From Candidatus Omnitrophota bacterium (GTDB lineage Bacteria; Omnitrophota; Gorgyraeia; Gygaellales; Profunditerraquicolaceae): a stretch of 64,000 nt of DNA. The stretch is taken from positions 168,793 to 232,792 of the forward strand of contig JAQUQW010000001.1 in NCBI GenBank assembly GCA_028716245.1, in the 5' to 3' direction. Below the pieces are notes generated by a model. It saw nothing but the letters and a program-made list of their open reading frames with translations. It was not told the origin of the DNA and searched no databases. This document shows, piece by piece, positions 1 to 9,166 of this stretch (within the stretch, counting starts at the first letter, position 1; each line of letters opens with the position of its first letter). The translations under genes were made by a program, and so were the position numbers.

Positions 1-540
1 GTGCAGGCGGATTTGGAGAATAAGATCCGGGAGCAAATGCTCATGTATAACATTGTTGAACAGAAGGTGCGCAGTAAAGTGGTGGTTTGGCCGGAAGAAA
101 TTACCAGCTTTTATAATCAGAATAGACGGCAGTTTTTGAAGCCGGAAGAGAGGATTCTGACGGTTATTATCCTGCCCAGTGAAGATTTGGCTAAAACCGT
201 CAGTTATCAATTGAGGGTTGGATCAAAATTAGAGGATCTTGCCGCAAAATACCAGTTTACTACCGATAAGCTTACTGTTGCGCAGGGGCAGCAGCTGCGC
301 AGTGAGATTGAAGAAACAGTATTTAAATTAGGAATAAGAGAAGTGTCTAATCCGGTAAAGATCGATGCGCAATATTATATCTTTAGGTTAGATGATATTA
401 TTGGAAGCCGGCAATTGGGTTTGGATGAGGCGCAGGCTAAAATCCAGGTTTATTTATTCGATAAGAAAATGCAGGATGCCTTGGCCAAATGGTTAGATGA
501 ACTTAAAAAACAATCCTACATTAAAATCCTCGAAAATTAG
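1..540 (+). CDS. surA: SurA-like periplasmic chaperone, C-terminal part (5' partial)
   Basis: ORF runs off the window start. It has a degenerate parvulin-like tail and a C-terminal helix, and sits upstream of pdxA-rsmA as in the classic surA-pdxA-ksgA arrangement. Confidence 0.55.
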   Translation: MQADLENKIREQMLMYNIVEQKVRSKVVVWPEEITSFYNQNRRQFLKPEERILTVIILPSEDLAKTVSYQLRVGSKLEDLAAKYQFTTDKLTVAQGQQLRSEIEETVFKLGIREVSNPVKIDAQYYIFRLDDIIGSRQLGLDEAQAKIQVYLFDKKMQDALAKWLDELKKQSYIKILEN

Positions 541-1489
541 AGTCGGCATTACTATCGGTGATCCCTCAGGAATCGGACCGGCCATCACTTTGAAAGCCCT
601 GGAAATATTAAAAGGCCAGGCCGATTTTACGGTTATCGGCAACAGCTTTGTGCTGGCTAAGGCGTCTAAACTCTTAAAAATACGATCCTTGCCTCTAAAG
701 TTAATCGATTTAAATAATGTTGATCCCAAGAATTTTGCCTTCGGCAGATTAAAGGCGCAAAACGGCCGGGCTTGCTTGGAATACCTCGATGCGGCTTTGG
801 GCCTGCTTAAGGAAAATAAAATTGATTGTTTGGTTACCTGCCCGATTTCAAAAGAAGCGATCAATCTGGCAGGAGCTAAATTTTCCGGCCACACAGAATA
901 CCTTGGCAAAAAGACAGGTTGTAAGGATTTGGTAATGCTGCTGCTTAATGATAAATTAAAATTTAGTTTGGTTACCAGGCATGTGGCGCTTAAGGATGTT
1001 TGCGGGTTACTGGGTCGTAAAAGTTTGGAAAATAATATTCTAAGGACAATCAAGGGCTTGAGATCTTTATTCCTGATAAAAAAACTAAAGTTGGTTGTTT
1101 GCGGAGTTAATCCGCATGCCTCAGATAACGGAGTAATCGGTAAAGAGGAAGAGAAGGTTATGATACCGGTGATAAAAAGCTTAAAGAGAAAGGTTAAAGG
1201 TGTTTCCATAGTCGGACCGCTTTCTGCCGATGCGGCAATATCACAGGCGGCAAAAGGTAATTTTGACTGCGTAATTGCCGCTTATCATGACCAGGCGCTT
1301 ATTCCTTTGAAATTAACGGATTTTGACAGCGGGGTAAACCTTACTTTCGGCCTTCCTTTTGTGCGCACCTCTCCTTTACATGGGACGGCTTTTGATATTG
1401 CCAAAAAGCCTGCTAGAGCTTTCCCCGGGTCACTGGTTACTGCGATAAAACTTGCCATAAAATGTACGTTAAACCAAAAAAAAGCCTAG
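497..1489 (+). CDS. pdxA: 4-hydroxythreonine-4-phosphate dehydrogenase PdxA
   Basis: N-terminal ITIGDPSGIGPAI, AYHDQALIPLK and TSPLHGTAFDIA motifs are typical of PdxA. Start overlaps the surA end by 44 nt. Confidence 0.85.
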   Translation: MNLKNNPTLKSSKIRVGITIGDPSGIGPAITLKALEILKGQADFTVIGNSFVLAKASKLLKIRSLPLKLIDLNNVDPKNFAFGRLKAQNGRACLEYLDAALGLLKENKIDCLVTCPISKEAINLAGAKFSGHTEYLGKKTGCKDLVMLLLNDKLKFSLVTRHVALKDVCGLLGRKSLENNILRTIKGLRSLFLIKKLKLVVCGVNPHASDNGVIGKEEEKVMIPVIKSLKRKVKGVSIVGPLSADAAISQAAKGNFDCVIAAYHDQALIPLKLTDFDSGVNLTFGLPFVRTSPLHGTAFDIAKKPARAFPGSLVTAIKLAIKCTLNQKKA

Positions 1490-2268
1490 GCCAGAATTTT
1501 CTAACTGACAAAAATATCCAGCAAAAAATAATCCGCGCCTGCGGGCTGGCCGATGAAGATATTATTTTAGAGATAGGTGCCGGGCTCGGCGATTTCACTG
1601 CCCAGCTTGCAGCCTGCACAAAGAAAGTTTATGCTCTTGAGATCGATCAACGCCTGTATCCAAGCCTAGAGCAGAATTTAAGCGCACGTAACAATTGCAA
1701 AATCATAAAAAGCGATATATTAAAATTTGAAATAAATAAATTTTTGCAAGAAGAAAAAATAAAACAAAAGATAAAAGTCATCGGCAATATTCCCTACTAC
1801 ATATCCAGCCCGATTATTGAGCATCTGATCAACTATCGTAATAATATCGGTGAAGTTTTTATGACTGTGCAAAAAGAGTTCGGCCGCAGGGTTTGCGCTG
1901 GCCCCGGGTCAAAGGAATACGGATCTTTTAGTTGTTTTGTGCAGTATTACGCCCAGTGCAGGATCCTTTTTGAAATTAACAAGAGATGCTTTAAACCTGT
2001 CCCTAAAGTAGATTCATCTTTTTTGTCCCTGAAGTTTAGAGAGAAACCGCCGGTTAAAGTAGAGGATGAAGCGGCATTTTTTAAGTTAATCCGTACTGCT
2101 TTTAATCAGAGAAGAAAAACTTTACGCAACAGCCTGGAAGGTTTACTGGAGCTGCAGGAGCTAGAAAGGCTTCTGGATAGCGCCGGTATTAATAGAAATG
2201 TACGCCCGGAAGATCTTTCTCTGGGAGAGTTCGCCAAGCTTGCTCAAAAAAGTCAAAAAATATCTTGA
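1462..2268 (+). CDS. rsmA: 16S rRNA (adenine1518/1519-N6)-dimethyltransferase RsmA/KsgA
   Basis: SLGQNFL and IGAGLGDFT SAM-binding motifs; located downstream of pdxA. Confidence 0.85.
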   Translation: MYVKPKKSLGQNFLTDKNIQQKIIRACGLADEDIILEIGAGLGDFTAQLAACTKKVYALEIDQRLYPSLEQNLSARNNCKIIKSDILKFEINKFLQEEKIKQKIKVIGNIPYYISSPIIEHLINYRNNIGEVFMTVQKEFGRRVCAGPGSKEYGSFSCFVQYYAQCRILFEINKRCFKPVPKVDSSFLSLKFREKPPVKVEDEAAFFKLIRTAFNQRRKTLRNSLEGLLELQELERLLDSAGINRNVRPEDLSLGEFAKLAQKSQKIS

Positions 2269-2300
2269 CAAACCCGCAATTATATTATAAACTTCTTTAC
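2266..2300 (+). promoter_or_regulatory. putative sigma70-type promoter for the tRNA-Thr/rpmG/tRNA-Trp/secE-nusG unit
   Basis: TTGACA at 2266-2271 overlaps the rsmA stop codon, followed by an AT-rich -10-like sequence (tataaa/taaact) 15-17 nt downstream. Confidence 0.3.
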
Positions 2301-2431
2301 TTTCACGATTATCTAGTAAAATAGTACTTCCAATCTAATTTCATTATTACCAAAGAAAGAGTTTTGAGTAATTTCTTGGGGTGTAGATTTTTTTTATTTA
2401 TTGGCTCAACCGACATTGCGAATCCATTGCT

Positions 2432-2504
2432 GCTGGAGTAGCTCAGTTGGCAGAGCACGTCCTTGGTAAGGACGGGGTCACGAGTTCAATTCTCGTCTCC
2501 AGCT
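2432..2504 (+). tRNA. tRNA-Thr (anticodon GGU)
   Basis: Manual cloverleaf: acceptor GCTGGAG/CTCCAGC, D-stem GCTC/GAGC, anticodon stem CGTCC/GGACG with loop TTGGTAA, T-stem ACGAG/CTCGT with loop TTCAATT; 73 nt. Confidence 0.85.
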
Positions 2505-2516
2505 TACTAAAAAAAT

Positions 2517-2666
2517 ATGCGTGAAACGATAACCTTGGAATGTACGGTTTGTAAAAATAGAAATTATACGACGTCAAAGAACAAAAAATTGCATCAAGAC
2601 AGGCTGGAGCTTAATAAGTTCTGCAACTCTTGTCATAAGCATACCCCGCATAAAGAGATTAAATAA
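2517..2666 (+). CDS. rpmG: 50S ribosomal protein L33, Zn-ribbon type (49 aa)
   Basis: Translated by hand as [49 protein letters not shown] with CxxC...CxxC. It is missing from the ORF track because it is <60 aa. Sits between tRNA-Thr and tRNA-Trp as in many bacteria. Confidence 0.8.
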   Translation: MRETITLECTVCKNRNYTTSKNKKLHQDRLELNKFCNSCHKHTPHKEIK

Positions 2667-2670
2667 TATT

Positions 2671-2741
2671 AGGGGCGTCGGTTAATGGCAAACCAACGGT
2701 CTCCAAAACCGTGACTGCAGGTTCAAGTCCTGCCGCTCCTG
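2671..2741 (+). tRNA. tRNA-Trp (anticodon CCA)
   Basis: Acceptor AGGGGCG/CGCTCCT, D-stem GGTT/AACC, anticodon loop CTCCAAA, T-stem GCAGG/CCTGC, discriminator G. The position just upstream of secE is conserved. Confidence 0.85.
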
Positions 2742-2773
2742 TAGTCTATGGTTAAAAGAGAAGCGCAAGATTT

Positions 2774-2965
2774 ATGAATATTTTAGCAAAACCGGTAAAT
2801 TTTTTAAATGAAGTCAGGAGTGAATTAAGCAAAGTTGCCTGGTCGACCAGAAAAGAGCTGCTTGCTTCTACGGTTTTGGTAATTACGGTTACGGTGATTA
2901 TGACGGTTTTTATCGGGATAGTTGATCTGGTTTTGTCCAGATTTCTAAGTGTGGTTTTTAAATGA
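2774..2965 (+). CDS. secE: preprotein translocase subunit SecE
   Basis: 63-aa single-TM protein immediately upstream of nusG. Confidence 0.8.
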   Translation: MNILAKPVNFLNEVRSELSKVAWSTRKELLASTVLVITVTVIMTVFIGIVDLVLSRFLSVVFK

Positions 2966-3489
2966 AGAACTGGTACGTTGTGCATACACAAACCGGGATT
3001 GAGGAAAAAGTAAAAGCATCTTTAGAAAAGAAGGTGGCTTCCGAAGGGCTGCAAGATTTGATCTCCAGCGTTATTATTCCTACCGAGCAGGTTTCCGAGG
3101 TGCGCGCCGGAAAGAAGAAGATCACGCAGAGGAAGTTCTTTCCGGGGTATTTATTAGTGGAAATGGATTTAAGCGAACAAACCTATCTTTTTGTCAAAAA
3201 TTCTCCTGGAGTAACGGGGTTTATCGGGTTAGGCAGGAAACCTGTGCCATTGCCTCAGGAGGAGGTAGACAATATCCTTAAACGCACCAAAGAAACCGCG
3301 GCCAAGCCGTCACCGAAAATAGTTTTTGAGAAAGGCGAACAGGTCAGGGTTAACGAAGGCCCATTCTTGAATTTTAACGGTACAATCGAAGAAGTTTATC
3401 CTGAAAAAGGGAAAGTAAAAGTGAGCGTTTCTATCTTTGGCCGCTCTACGCCGGTGGAATTGGAATACTGGCAGGTGGAGAAAGTTTAA
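2962..3489 (+). CDS. nusG: transcription termination/antitermination factor NusG
   Basis: NGN plus KOW domain layout (WYVVHT start, [18 protein letters not shown]); 4-nt overlap with secE. Confidence 0.9.
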   Translation: MKNWYVVHTQTGIEEKVKASLEKKVASEGLQDLISSVIIPTEQVSEVRAGKKKITQRKFFPGYLLVEMDLSEQTYLFVKNSPGVTGFIGLGRKPVPLPQEEVDNILKRTKETAAKPSPKIVFEKGEQVRVNEGPFLNFNGTIEEVYPEKGKVKVSVSIFGRSTPVELEYWQVEKV

Positions 3490-3491
3490 CT

Positions 3492-3917
3492 ATGGCAAAG
3501 GCAATTAAGGCACAGATTAAATTACACGTTCCGGCAGCGCAGGCAAATCCGGCGCCTCCGGTAGGCCCGGCACTAGGCCAGCATGGCGTAAACATTATGC
3601 AGTTCTGCAAGCAGTTTAATGACCAAACTAAAGGCAGGGATGGGTTAATCCTTCCAGTAGTGATTAGTGTTTTTGAGGACAGGACCTTTACCTTTATTAT
3701 TAAGAGTCCGCCGTCGTCTATTTTGTTAAAAAGGGCAGCGAATTTAGCCAAGGCATCAGGGACAAGCGGAAAAGAGATTATCGGCAAAGTAACTAAGAAG
3801 CAGATTGAGGAGATTGCCAAACTAAAGCTAGCGGATTTAAATACTAATGATATGAATCAGGCAATCAAGAGTATTGAAGGTACTGCCCGCAGTATGGGTA
3901 TTGCCATTGAAGGATAA
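3492..3917 (+). CDS. rplK: 50S ribosomal protein L11
   Basis: [22 protein letters not shown] motif. Confidence 0.95.
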   Translation: MAKAIKAQIKLHVPAAQANPAPPVGPALGQHGVNIMQFCKQFNDQTKGRDGLILPVVISVFEDRTFTFIIKSPPSSILLKRAANLAKASGTSGKEIIGKVTKKQIEEIAKLKLADLNTNDMNQAIKSIEGTARSMGIAIEG

Positions 3918-3920
3918 AAT

Positions 3921-4601
3921 ATGAAAACGCTGAGTAAAAGATACAAAGAATCAGTTAAGCAGGTAGAGAAAGATAAATTTTATCAATTAAAAGAGGCGGT
4001 AGCCATATTGAAGAAACTGCCTAAGCCAAAATTTGACGGTTCCGTCGACCTGCATTTTAATCTGGGCGTGGATACTAAAAAGAGCGATCAGATGATTCGC
4101 GGGACGGTTGTGCTTCCGCATGGGACAGGAAAAAAAGTGCGGGTTGCGGTATTCTGTAAAGGTGAACATGAGCGCCAGGCCAGGGAAGCAAAGGCGGATT
4201 ATGTCGGCGGCACGGAATTAATGGATAAAGTTGCCGCAGGGTTCCTTGATTTTGACTGCGCCATCGCCACTCCTGAAATGATGAAAGATTTAAGTAAGCT
4301 TGGCAAAATACTGGGCCCGCGCGGCCTGATGCCCAGCCCTAAGACCGGCACGGTGACCAATGATATTTCAAAAGCCATTGAAGATGTAAGGAAGGGCAAG
4401 GTTGAGTTTCGCGTGGATAAGCAGGGCGGGATGCATTTATCGATAGGCAAGATTTCTTTTGACGAAAACCAGATAAATGATAATGCTTCCAAAGTGATCG
4501 AGGCAGTCAACGAATCAAGGCCGGCATCGGTAAAAGGTAAATTTGTCAAGAGCCTGAGTATAACTGCTTCTATGAACCCGGGATTAAAGATCATCTGCTA
4601 A
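3921..4601 (+). CDS. rplA: 50S ribosomal protein L1
   Basis: Conserved L1 sequence downstream of rplK. Confidence 0.95.
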   Translation: MKTLSKRYKESVKQVEKDKFYQLKEAVAILKKLPKPKFDGSVDLHFNLGVDTKKSDQMIRGTVVLPHGTGKKVRVAVFCKGEHERQAREAKADYVGGTELMDKVAAGFLDFDCAIATPEMMKDLSKLGKILGPRGLMPSPKTGTVTNDISKAIEDVRKGKVEFRVDKQGGMHLSIGKISFDENQINDNASKVIEAVNESRPASVKGKFVKSLSITASMNPGLKIIC

Positions 4602-4676
4602 AACAAGAAAATTGCTTATAAAGTTTAATTTATTAAAAGCAATTTTAGAAGTGGTAAACAATTTAAGGTCTATACC

Positions 4677-5204
4677 ATGAAAAAAATCGGCCAATTAATC
4701 AAGGAAACTTCAGGGAATCGCATAAAGGATAGTTTTAAGTCATCCAAAGGATTGATTATTATTAAATACTCCGGAGTATCCAGCCCCGACATGAGTACCC
4801 TAAGGAAGTCCCTTAGAGGCTCAGGATCTGATCTTTTTGTAGTTAAAAACAGCATTGCCAAAAGAGCAATGAAAGAATTGGGCCTGGTTGATCTAGTTAA
4901 GTCGGTAGAGACGCCCTGCGGAATGATTTTCTTTAAGGATGAGCCGGTTGATACCTCTAGAATTTTGTGCGCTTTTCGTAAAGATCATGAAAAGCTTGTA
5001 TTAGAAGGCGGATTATTACAAGATAAATTATTAAGTTTAAAAGATATTGAAGTGATGAGCACCCTGCCTTCCAGAGAGGTTTTGCGGGCTAAGGTAGTGG
5101 TGACCTTGAATGCTCCGATTTCAAAATTGGCAATTGTTTTAAATCAGACGTTAAAGAAGTTCGTTTATTGTTTAGATCAAATTAAACAGAAAAAAACAAG
5201 TTAA
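4677..5204 (+). CDS. rplJ: 50S ribosomal protein L10
   Basis: L10 family sequence, upstream of rplL. Confidence 0.9.
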   Translation: MKKIGQLIKETSGNRIKDSFKSSKGLIIIKYSGVSSPDMSTLRKSLRGSGSDLFVVKNSIAKRAMKELGLVDLVKSVETPCGMIFFKDEPVDTSRILCAFRKDHEKLVLEGGLLQDKLLSLKDIEVMSTLPSREVLRAKVVVTLNAPISKLAIVLNQTLKKFVYCLDQIKQKKTS

Positions 5205-5207
5205 CTA

Positions 5208-5302
5208 GTACCCCGCGCTTAGCGGAATTGCGCGGGGGTACACTATGGGCAACACCCCGCGTTTATAAGGAATTACGCGGGTGTGTCCTACTGACAAGGA
5301 GG
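5208..5302 (+). repeat. tandem pair of GC-hairpin repeat elements (core-only copy 5208-5241; full copy with hairpin 2 and SD 5253-5302) upstream of rplL
   Basis: GTACCCCGCGC-ttagcggaatt-GCGCGGGGGTAC, then CACCCCGCGt-ttataaggaatt-aCGCGGG-tgtGTCctactGACaAGGAGG. The innermost stem pair C:G is replaced by T:A and the hairpin-2 stem is altered (GTC/GAC vs GCCC/GGGC). Confidence 0.85.
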
Positions 5303-5307
5303 AAGAA

Positions 5308-5691
5308 ATGGCAACTGCAAAATTGGAAGATTTAATCAAGTCAATTGAGACGATGAGCGTTCTTGAGCTGGCTGACTTAGTTAAAGCTTTAGAGGAAAAA
5401 TTTGGTGTAAGCGCAAACATGCCGATGGCCGCAGCTCCTGCTGCCGGTGCTGCCGGTGCAGCTCCTGCTGCCGAAGAGAAGAGCGTTTTTACTGTAGTGC
5501 TGACTAGTGCCGGTGCAAATAAAATCGCAGTAATCAAAGAAGTGCGCACGATTACTAACCTTGGTTTGAAAGAAGCCAAAGATTTAGTTGATGCCGCTCC
5601 TAAAGCAATCAAAGAAGGCGCCAATAAAGAGGAAGCTGCGGAAATGAAGAAGAAACTGGAAGCAGCCGGTGCTACCGTAGAGTTAAAGTAA
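5308..5691 (+). CDS. rplL: 50S ribosomal protein L7/L12
   Basis: [21 protein letters not shown]...alanine-rich hinge...ELK. True start is ATG 5308 after AGGAGG; the track ORF's upstream extension at 5281 lies inside the repeat element. Confidence 0.9.
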   Translation: MATAKLEDLIKSIETMSVLELADLVKALEEKFGVSANMPMAAAPAAGAAGAAPAAEEKSVFTVVLTSAGANKIAVIKEVRTITNLGLKEAKDLVDAAPKAIKEGANKEEAAEMKKKLEAAGATVELK

Positions 5692-5761
5692 ATTTAAGCA
5701 AGATTTCGTTAAATAAAAACGTAAGTGTTCAATTAAATAGGCCTAAGCTGGCCATAAAATA

Positions 5762-8700
5762 ATGATTAAACGAAAAAATTTTGCCAAGATAAAGGAAGTC
5801 TACGATTTACCTGATCTTTTAGATGTTCAGCTGGACACTTATCGTGAATTTCTGCAGATGGATCTGCCGGCCGGAGAAAAGAAAAATCAGGGCTTGCAGG
5901 AAGTTTTTGGTGAGATCTTTCCTATCGAAAACGCTGACCGTTCAGTGAAGCTGGAATTTATCAGTTATTCTTTAGGGAAACCCAAATACACAATGAGCGA
6001 ATCCAAAAATCGCTCATTAACTTATGCCGCCCCGTTAAAAGTAAAATTCCGCTTAACTACTCCCCGGGAAACAAAAGAGCAGGACGCTTATTTTGGGGAG
6101 ATTCCCTTGATGACCGAAACCGGGACTTTCATTATCAACGGTGATGAACGGGTGGTCGTTAGCCAGCTGCAACGATCTCCCGGAGTATCTTTTGAAGAAG
6201 AGCTGCATCCTACCGGAAAGAAGATTTTTTACGGCAGGGTTATTCCTTACCGCGGCGCTTGGTTAGAATTTAAATATGATCTTACCGAAACCATTACCGC
6301 TTATGTTGACCGCCGCAGGAATTTTCCCGCAACTCAAATTTTAAGGATCTTAGGTTTCTCCGAAGACAGCCAGATATTTGCCGCTTTTGGCAAAGAGCAT
6401 CCTGAAATTGTTAATACCCTGAAGAAAGATTACACTAAAAATAAAGAAGAAGCATACCTTGATTTCTACCGCAAAATGCGGCCGACGGAGCCGGTAACCA
6501 AAGAGGCTGCTGAAGGCTTGTTTTATAGATTATTTTTTGATCCGGCCAGATATGATTTAGAAAGAGCCGGCCGTTTTATTTTGAATCGTAAACTAGGGAT
6601 GGAGATGTCTTTAGATAAAAGGATACTTGATTCCGATACTGTAATTAAGGTGATCGAGTATTTAATTAAACTTAATGCCGGTTCGGGTAAAATTGATGAT
6701 ATTGACCATTTGGGAAACCGCCGCGTAAAGAGCGTCGGCGAGTTGGTTCAAAATCAGGTGCGTATCGGGTTATCCCGCGTTGAGCGTTCAATCAAAGAGA
6801 GGCTGAGTATTTTAGGTGAGTTTGATAATTTAAATGTGCATTACCTGATTAATTCCAAACTTTTAAGCAATCAAATCCGGGATTTCTTCGGGCGCAGCCA
6901 GTTATCCCAGTTTATGGATCAGATTAATCCTTTAGCCGAAATGACGCATAAGCGCCGTTTAAGCGCTTTAGGGCCGGGAGGGCTTTCCCGCGAAAGGGCG
7001 GGGTTTGAGGTCAGGGATATCCACCCTTCACATTATGGAAGGGTTTGTCCTATTGAGACACCGGAAGGCCCGAATATCGGTTTGATTGCCTCTTTGAGTT
7101 GTTTTGCGCGGATTAATTCTTTAGGCCTGATCGAGACTCCTTACCGTAAAGTAGAAGACGGCCGGGTGACTAAAAAATTTGAATATTTGACCGCGGACAT
7201 TGAAGAGGATAAGTTTATCGCCCAAGCTGATGTCCCGTTAGATAGCGAAGGGTATTTTGTGGATAAATTTGTTACCTGCCGCTATAAGGATGATTTCCCG
7301 AAAGTGCCGGCAAAAGATGTGCAGTATATGGATGTTTCGGCAAAACAGCTGGTTTCCGTCGCTGCTTCCCTGATTCCTTTCTTAGAGCACGATGATGCCA
7401 ACCGCGCGTTGATGGGTTCAAACATGCAAAGGCAGGCTGTTCCCTTGATGATTACCGAGGTACCTTTGGTTGGTACCGATATGGAAGCAAAAGTCGCCCA
7501 GGATTCCGGCACCGTAGTTATCGCCGAGGATTCCGGAAAAGTAACCAGCGTCGATGCTTCCGCCATTACCGTGGGTAAGAAAATTTATCATCTGAAGAAA
7601 TTTTTGCGTACTAATGCCGATACCTCGATAAATCAAAGGCCGCTGGTAAAATTAGGCGAGCGTATCGAAGCAGGCCAGGCGATTGCCGATGGTATTGCTA
7701 CCAAAGAAGGTGAATTGGCTTTAGGTAAGAATGTTTTAGTCTCTTTAATGCCCTGGAGAGGTTATAACTTTGAAGACGCTATTCTTATCAGCGAGAGATT
7801 GGTTAAGCAGGATTCTTTTACCTCGATCCATATCGAAGAATTTGAGATTGAAGCTGCCGAAACCCGGCTGGGCAATGAAGAGATTACCCGTGATATTCCT
7901 AATGTCAGTGAAGAAGCTTTAAGAAATCTTGATGAGGATGGGATTATTCGAGTCGGGGCGGAGGTTGGGGCCGGAGATATTCTGGTTGGCAAAATTACTC
8001 CCAAGACCGATTCTGAACCCAGCCCGGAAGAAAGATTGCTGCGCGCAATTTTCGGCGAGAAAGCCGGCGATGTCCGTGACACTTCTCTAATTGTCCCTCC
8101 CGGAGTTGAAGGCATAGTTATTGATGTTCATGTTTTTCAGCGCAAAGACCGCGGCCGTAAAACTAAAGAAGAAAAGACTAAAGAATTAGCAAAAATCCGC
8201 GAACTCAAAGCGTATTATAAGCAAGAGATCGAATTTTTACAGGCCGAGAAAACTTTACGTTTATCTCAGGTGTTGGGAATAGATAAGAAAAAAGTAGAGA
8301 AGTTTGATTTCAGCGATAATGAAGAGGCAAAGATTTTAGCTGCTTCCTTTGATGAGCAGATGCAGGAGTTGTTGGCTGAAGAGGAGCAAGAGATTGAAAA
8401 GGTGCGCCGCGGCGATGAATTACCCACGGGTATCTTAAAGAGGGTTGTAGTCTATGTGGCTACAAAACGCAAACTTTCCGAAGGTGATAAACTTGCCGGC
8501 CGGCACGGTAATAAGGGTGTGGTTGCCAGGATTATCCCTGAAGAAAATATGCCTTATATGCCTGACGGTACTCCGGTAGATGTGGTTTTGAATCCATTAG
8601 GCGTTCCTTCGCGTATGAACGTAGGCCAGATCTTGGAATGCCATTTAGGCTGGGCGGCCAAAGTTTTAGGGATAAATGTCAGTTGCCCTGTGTTTGACGG

Positions 8701-9166
8701 GGCCAAAGAGGCTGAAATCAAGGAGTTGCTTAAGAAGGCGGATTTGCCGGAAGACGGAAAGATTACCCTCTACGATGGTTATACCGGTGAGCCTTTTGAT
8801 CAGAAGGTTACCGTAGGGTACATGTACATTTTAAAACTTATCCATTTAGTTGATGAAAAAATTCATGCCCGCTCTATCGGGCCTTATTCTTTGGTTACGC
8901 AGCAGCCATTAGGCGGTAAAGCGCAATTTGGCGGCCAGAGATTAGGTGAAATGGAAGTTTGGGCTCTAGAAGCGTATGGAGCGGCATTCACTTTACAGGA
9001 GATGCTTACGGTTAAGAGTGATGATGTCAGCGGCAGGACGCGGATTTATGAAGCGATTGTTAAGGGTGAGCAGCGTTTAACTCACGGGACTCCGGAATCA
9101 TTTAATGTTCTAATCAAGGAATTGCAAGGCTTGTGTCTTGATATCAAGACAGAAAAGGCTAAATAA
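5762..9166 (+). CDS. rpoB: DNA-directed RNA polymerase subunit beta
   Basis: 1134 aa with canonical RpoB motifs ([23 protein letters not shown]). Confidence 0.97.
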   Translation: MIKRKNFAKIKEVYDLPDLLDVQLDTYREFLQMDLPAGEKKNQGLQEVFGEIFPIENADRSVKLEFISYSLGKPKYTMSESKNRSLTYAAPLKVKFRLTTPRETKEQDAYFGEIPLMTETGTFIINGDERVVVSQLQRSPGVSFEEELHPTGKKIFYGRVIPYRGAWLEFKYDLTETITAYVDRRRNFPATQILRILGFSEDSQIFAAFGKEHPEIVNTLKKDYTKNKEEAYLDFYRKMRPTEPVTKEAAEGLFYRLFFDPARYDLERAGRFILNRKLGMEMSLDKRILDSDTVIKVIEYLIKLNAGSGKIDDIDHLGNRRVKSVGELVQNQVRIGLSRVERSIKERLSILGEFDNLNVHYLINSKLLSNQIRDFFGRSQLSQFMDQINPLAEMTHKRRLSALGPGGLSRERAGFEVRDIHPSHYGRVCPIETPEGPNIGLIASLSCFARINSLGLIETPYRKVEDGRVTKKFEYLTADIEEDKFIAQADVPLDSEGYFVDKFVTCRYKDDFPKVPAKDVQYMDVSAKQLVSVAASLIPFLEHDDANRALMGSNMQRQAVPLMITEVPLVGTDMEAKVAQDSGTVVIAEDSGKVTSVDASAITVGKKIYHLKKFLRTNADTSINQRPLVKLGERIEAGQAIADGIATKEGELALGKNVLVSLMPWRGYNFEDAILISERLVKQDSFTSIHIEEFEIEAAETRLGNEEITRDIPNVSEEALRNLDEDGIIRVGAEVGAGDILVGKITPKTDSEPSPEERLLRAIFGEKAGDVRDTSLIVPPGVEGIVIDVHVFQRKDRGRKTKEEKTKELAKIRELKAYYKQEIEFLQAEKTLRLSQVLGIDKKKVEKFDFSDNEEAKILAASFDEQMQELLAEEEQEIEKVRRGDELPTGILKRVVVYVATKRKLSEGDKLAGRHGNKGVVARIIPEENMPYMPDGTPVDVVLNPLGVPSRMNVGQILECHLGWAAKVLGINVSCPVFDGAKEAEIKELLKKADLPEDGKITLYDGYTGEPFDQKVTVGYMYILKLIHLVDEKIHARSIGPYSLVTQQPLGGKAQFGGQRLGEMEVWALEAYGAAFTLQEMLTVKSDDVSGRTRIYEAIVKGEQRLTHGTPESFNVLIKELQGLCLDIKTEKAK

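Noticed and set aside
493-1209. 238-aa minus-strand ORF antisense to pdxA
   Set aside because: It lies entirely inside a well-supported + strand PdxA gene. Its composition is low-complexity (S/L/P-rich) with no recognisable motifs, as expected for a shadow ORF.
5281-5307. Upstream extension of the rplL ORF (MCPTDKEEE...)
   Set aside because: The extension is read out of the hairpin-2/SD part of the repeat element. The conserved L7/L12 N-terminus begins at MATAKLEDL (5308).
5205-5624. 139-aa minus-strand ORF spanning the repeat and rplL
   Set aside because: It is antisense to L7/L12, and the alanine-rich translation mirrors the L12 hinge.
5692-5761. Possible attenuator between rplL and rpoB
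   Set aside because: Only a weak GGCC-n6-GGCC pairing is present and there is no U-tract. Nothing convincing is visible in the sequence.
7282-8115. Several minus-strand ORFs (94, 72, 117 aa) inside rpoB
   Set aside because: These are antisense shadow ORFs of a highly conserved gene, with no start context or motifs.
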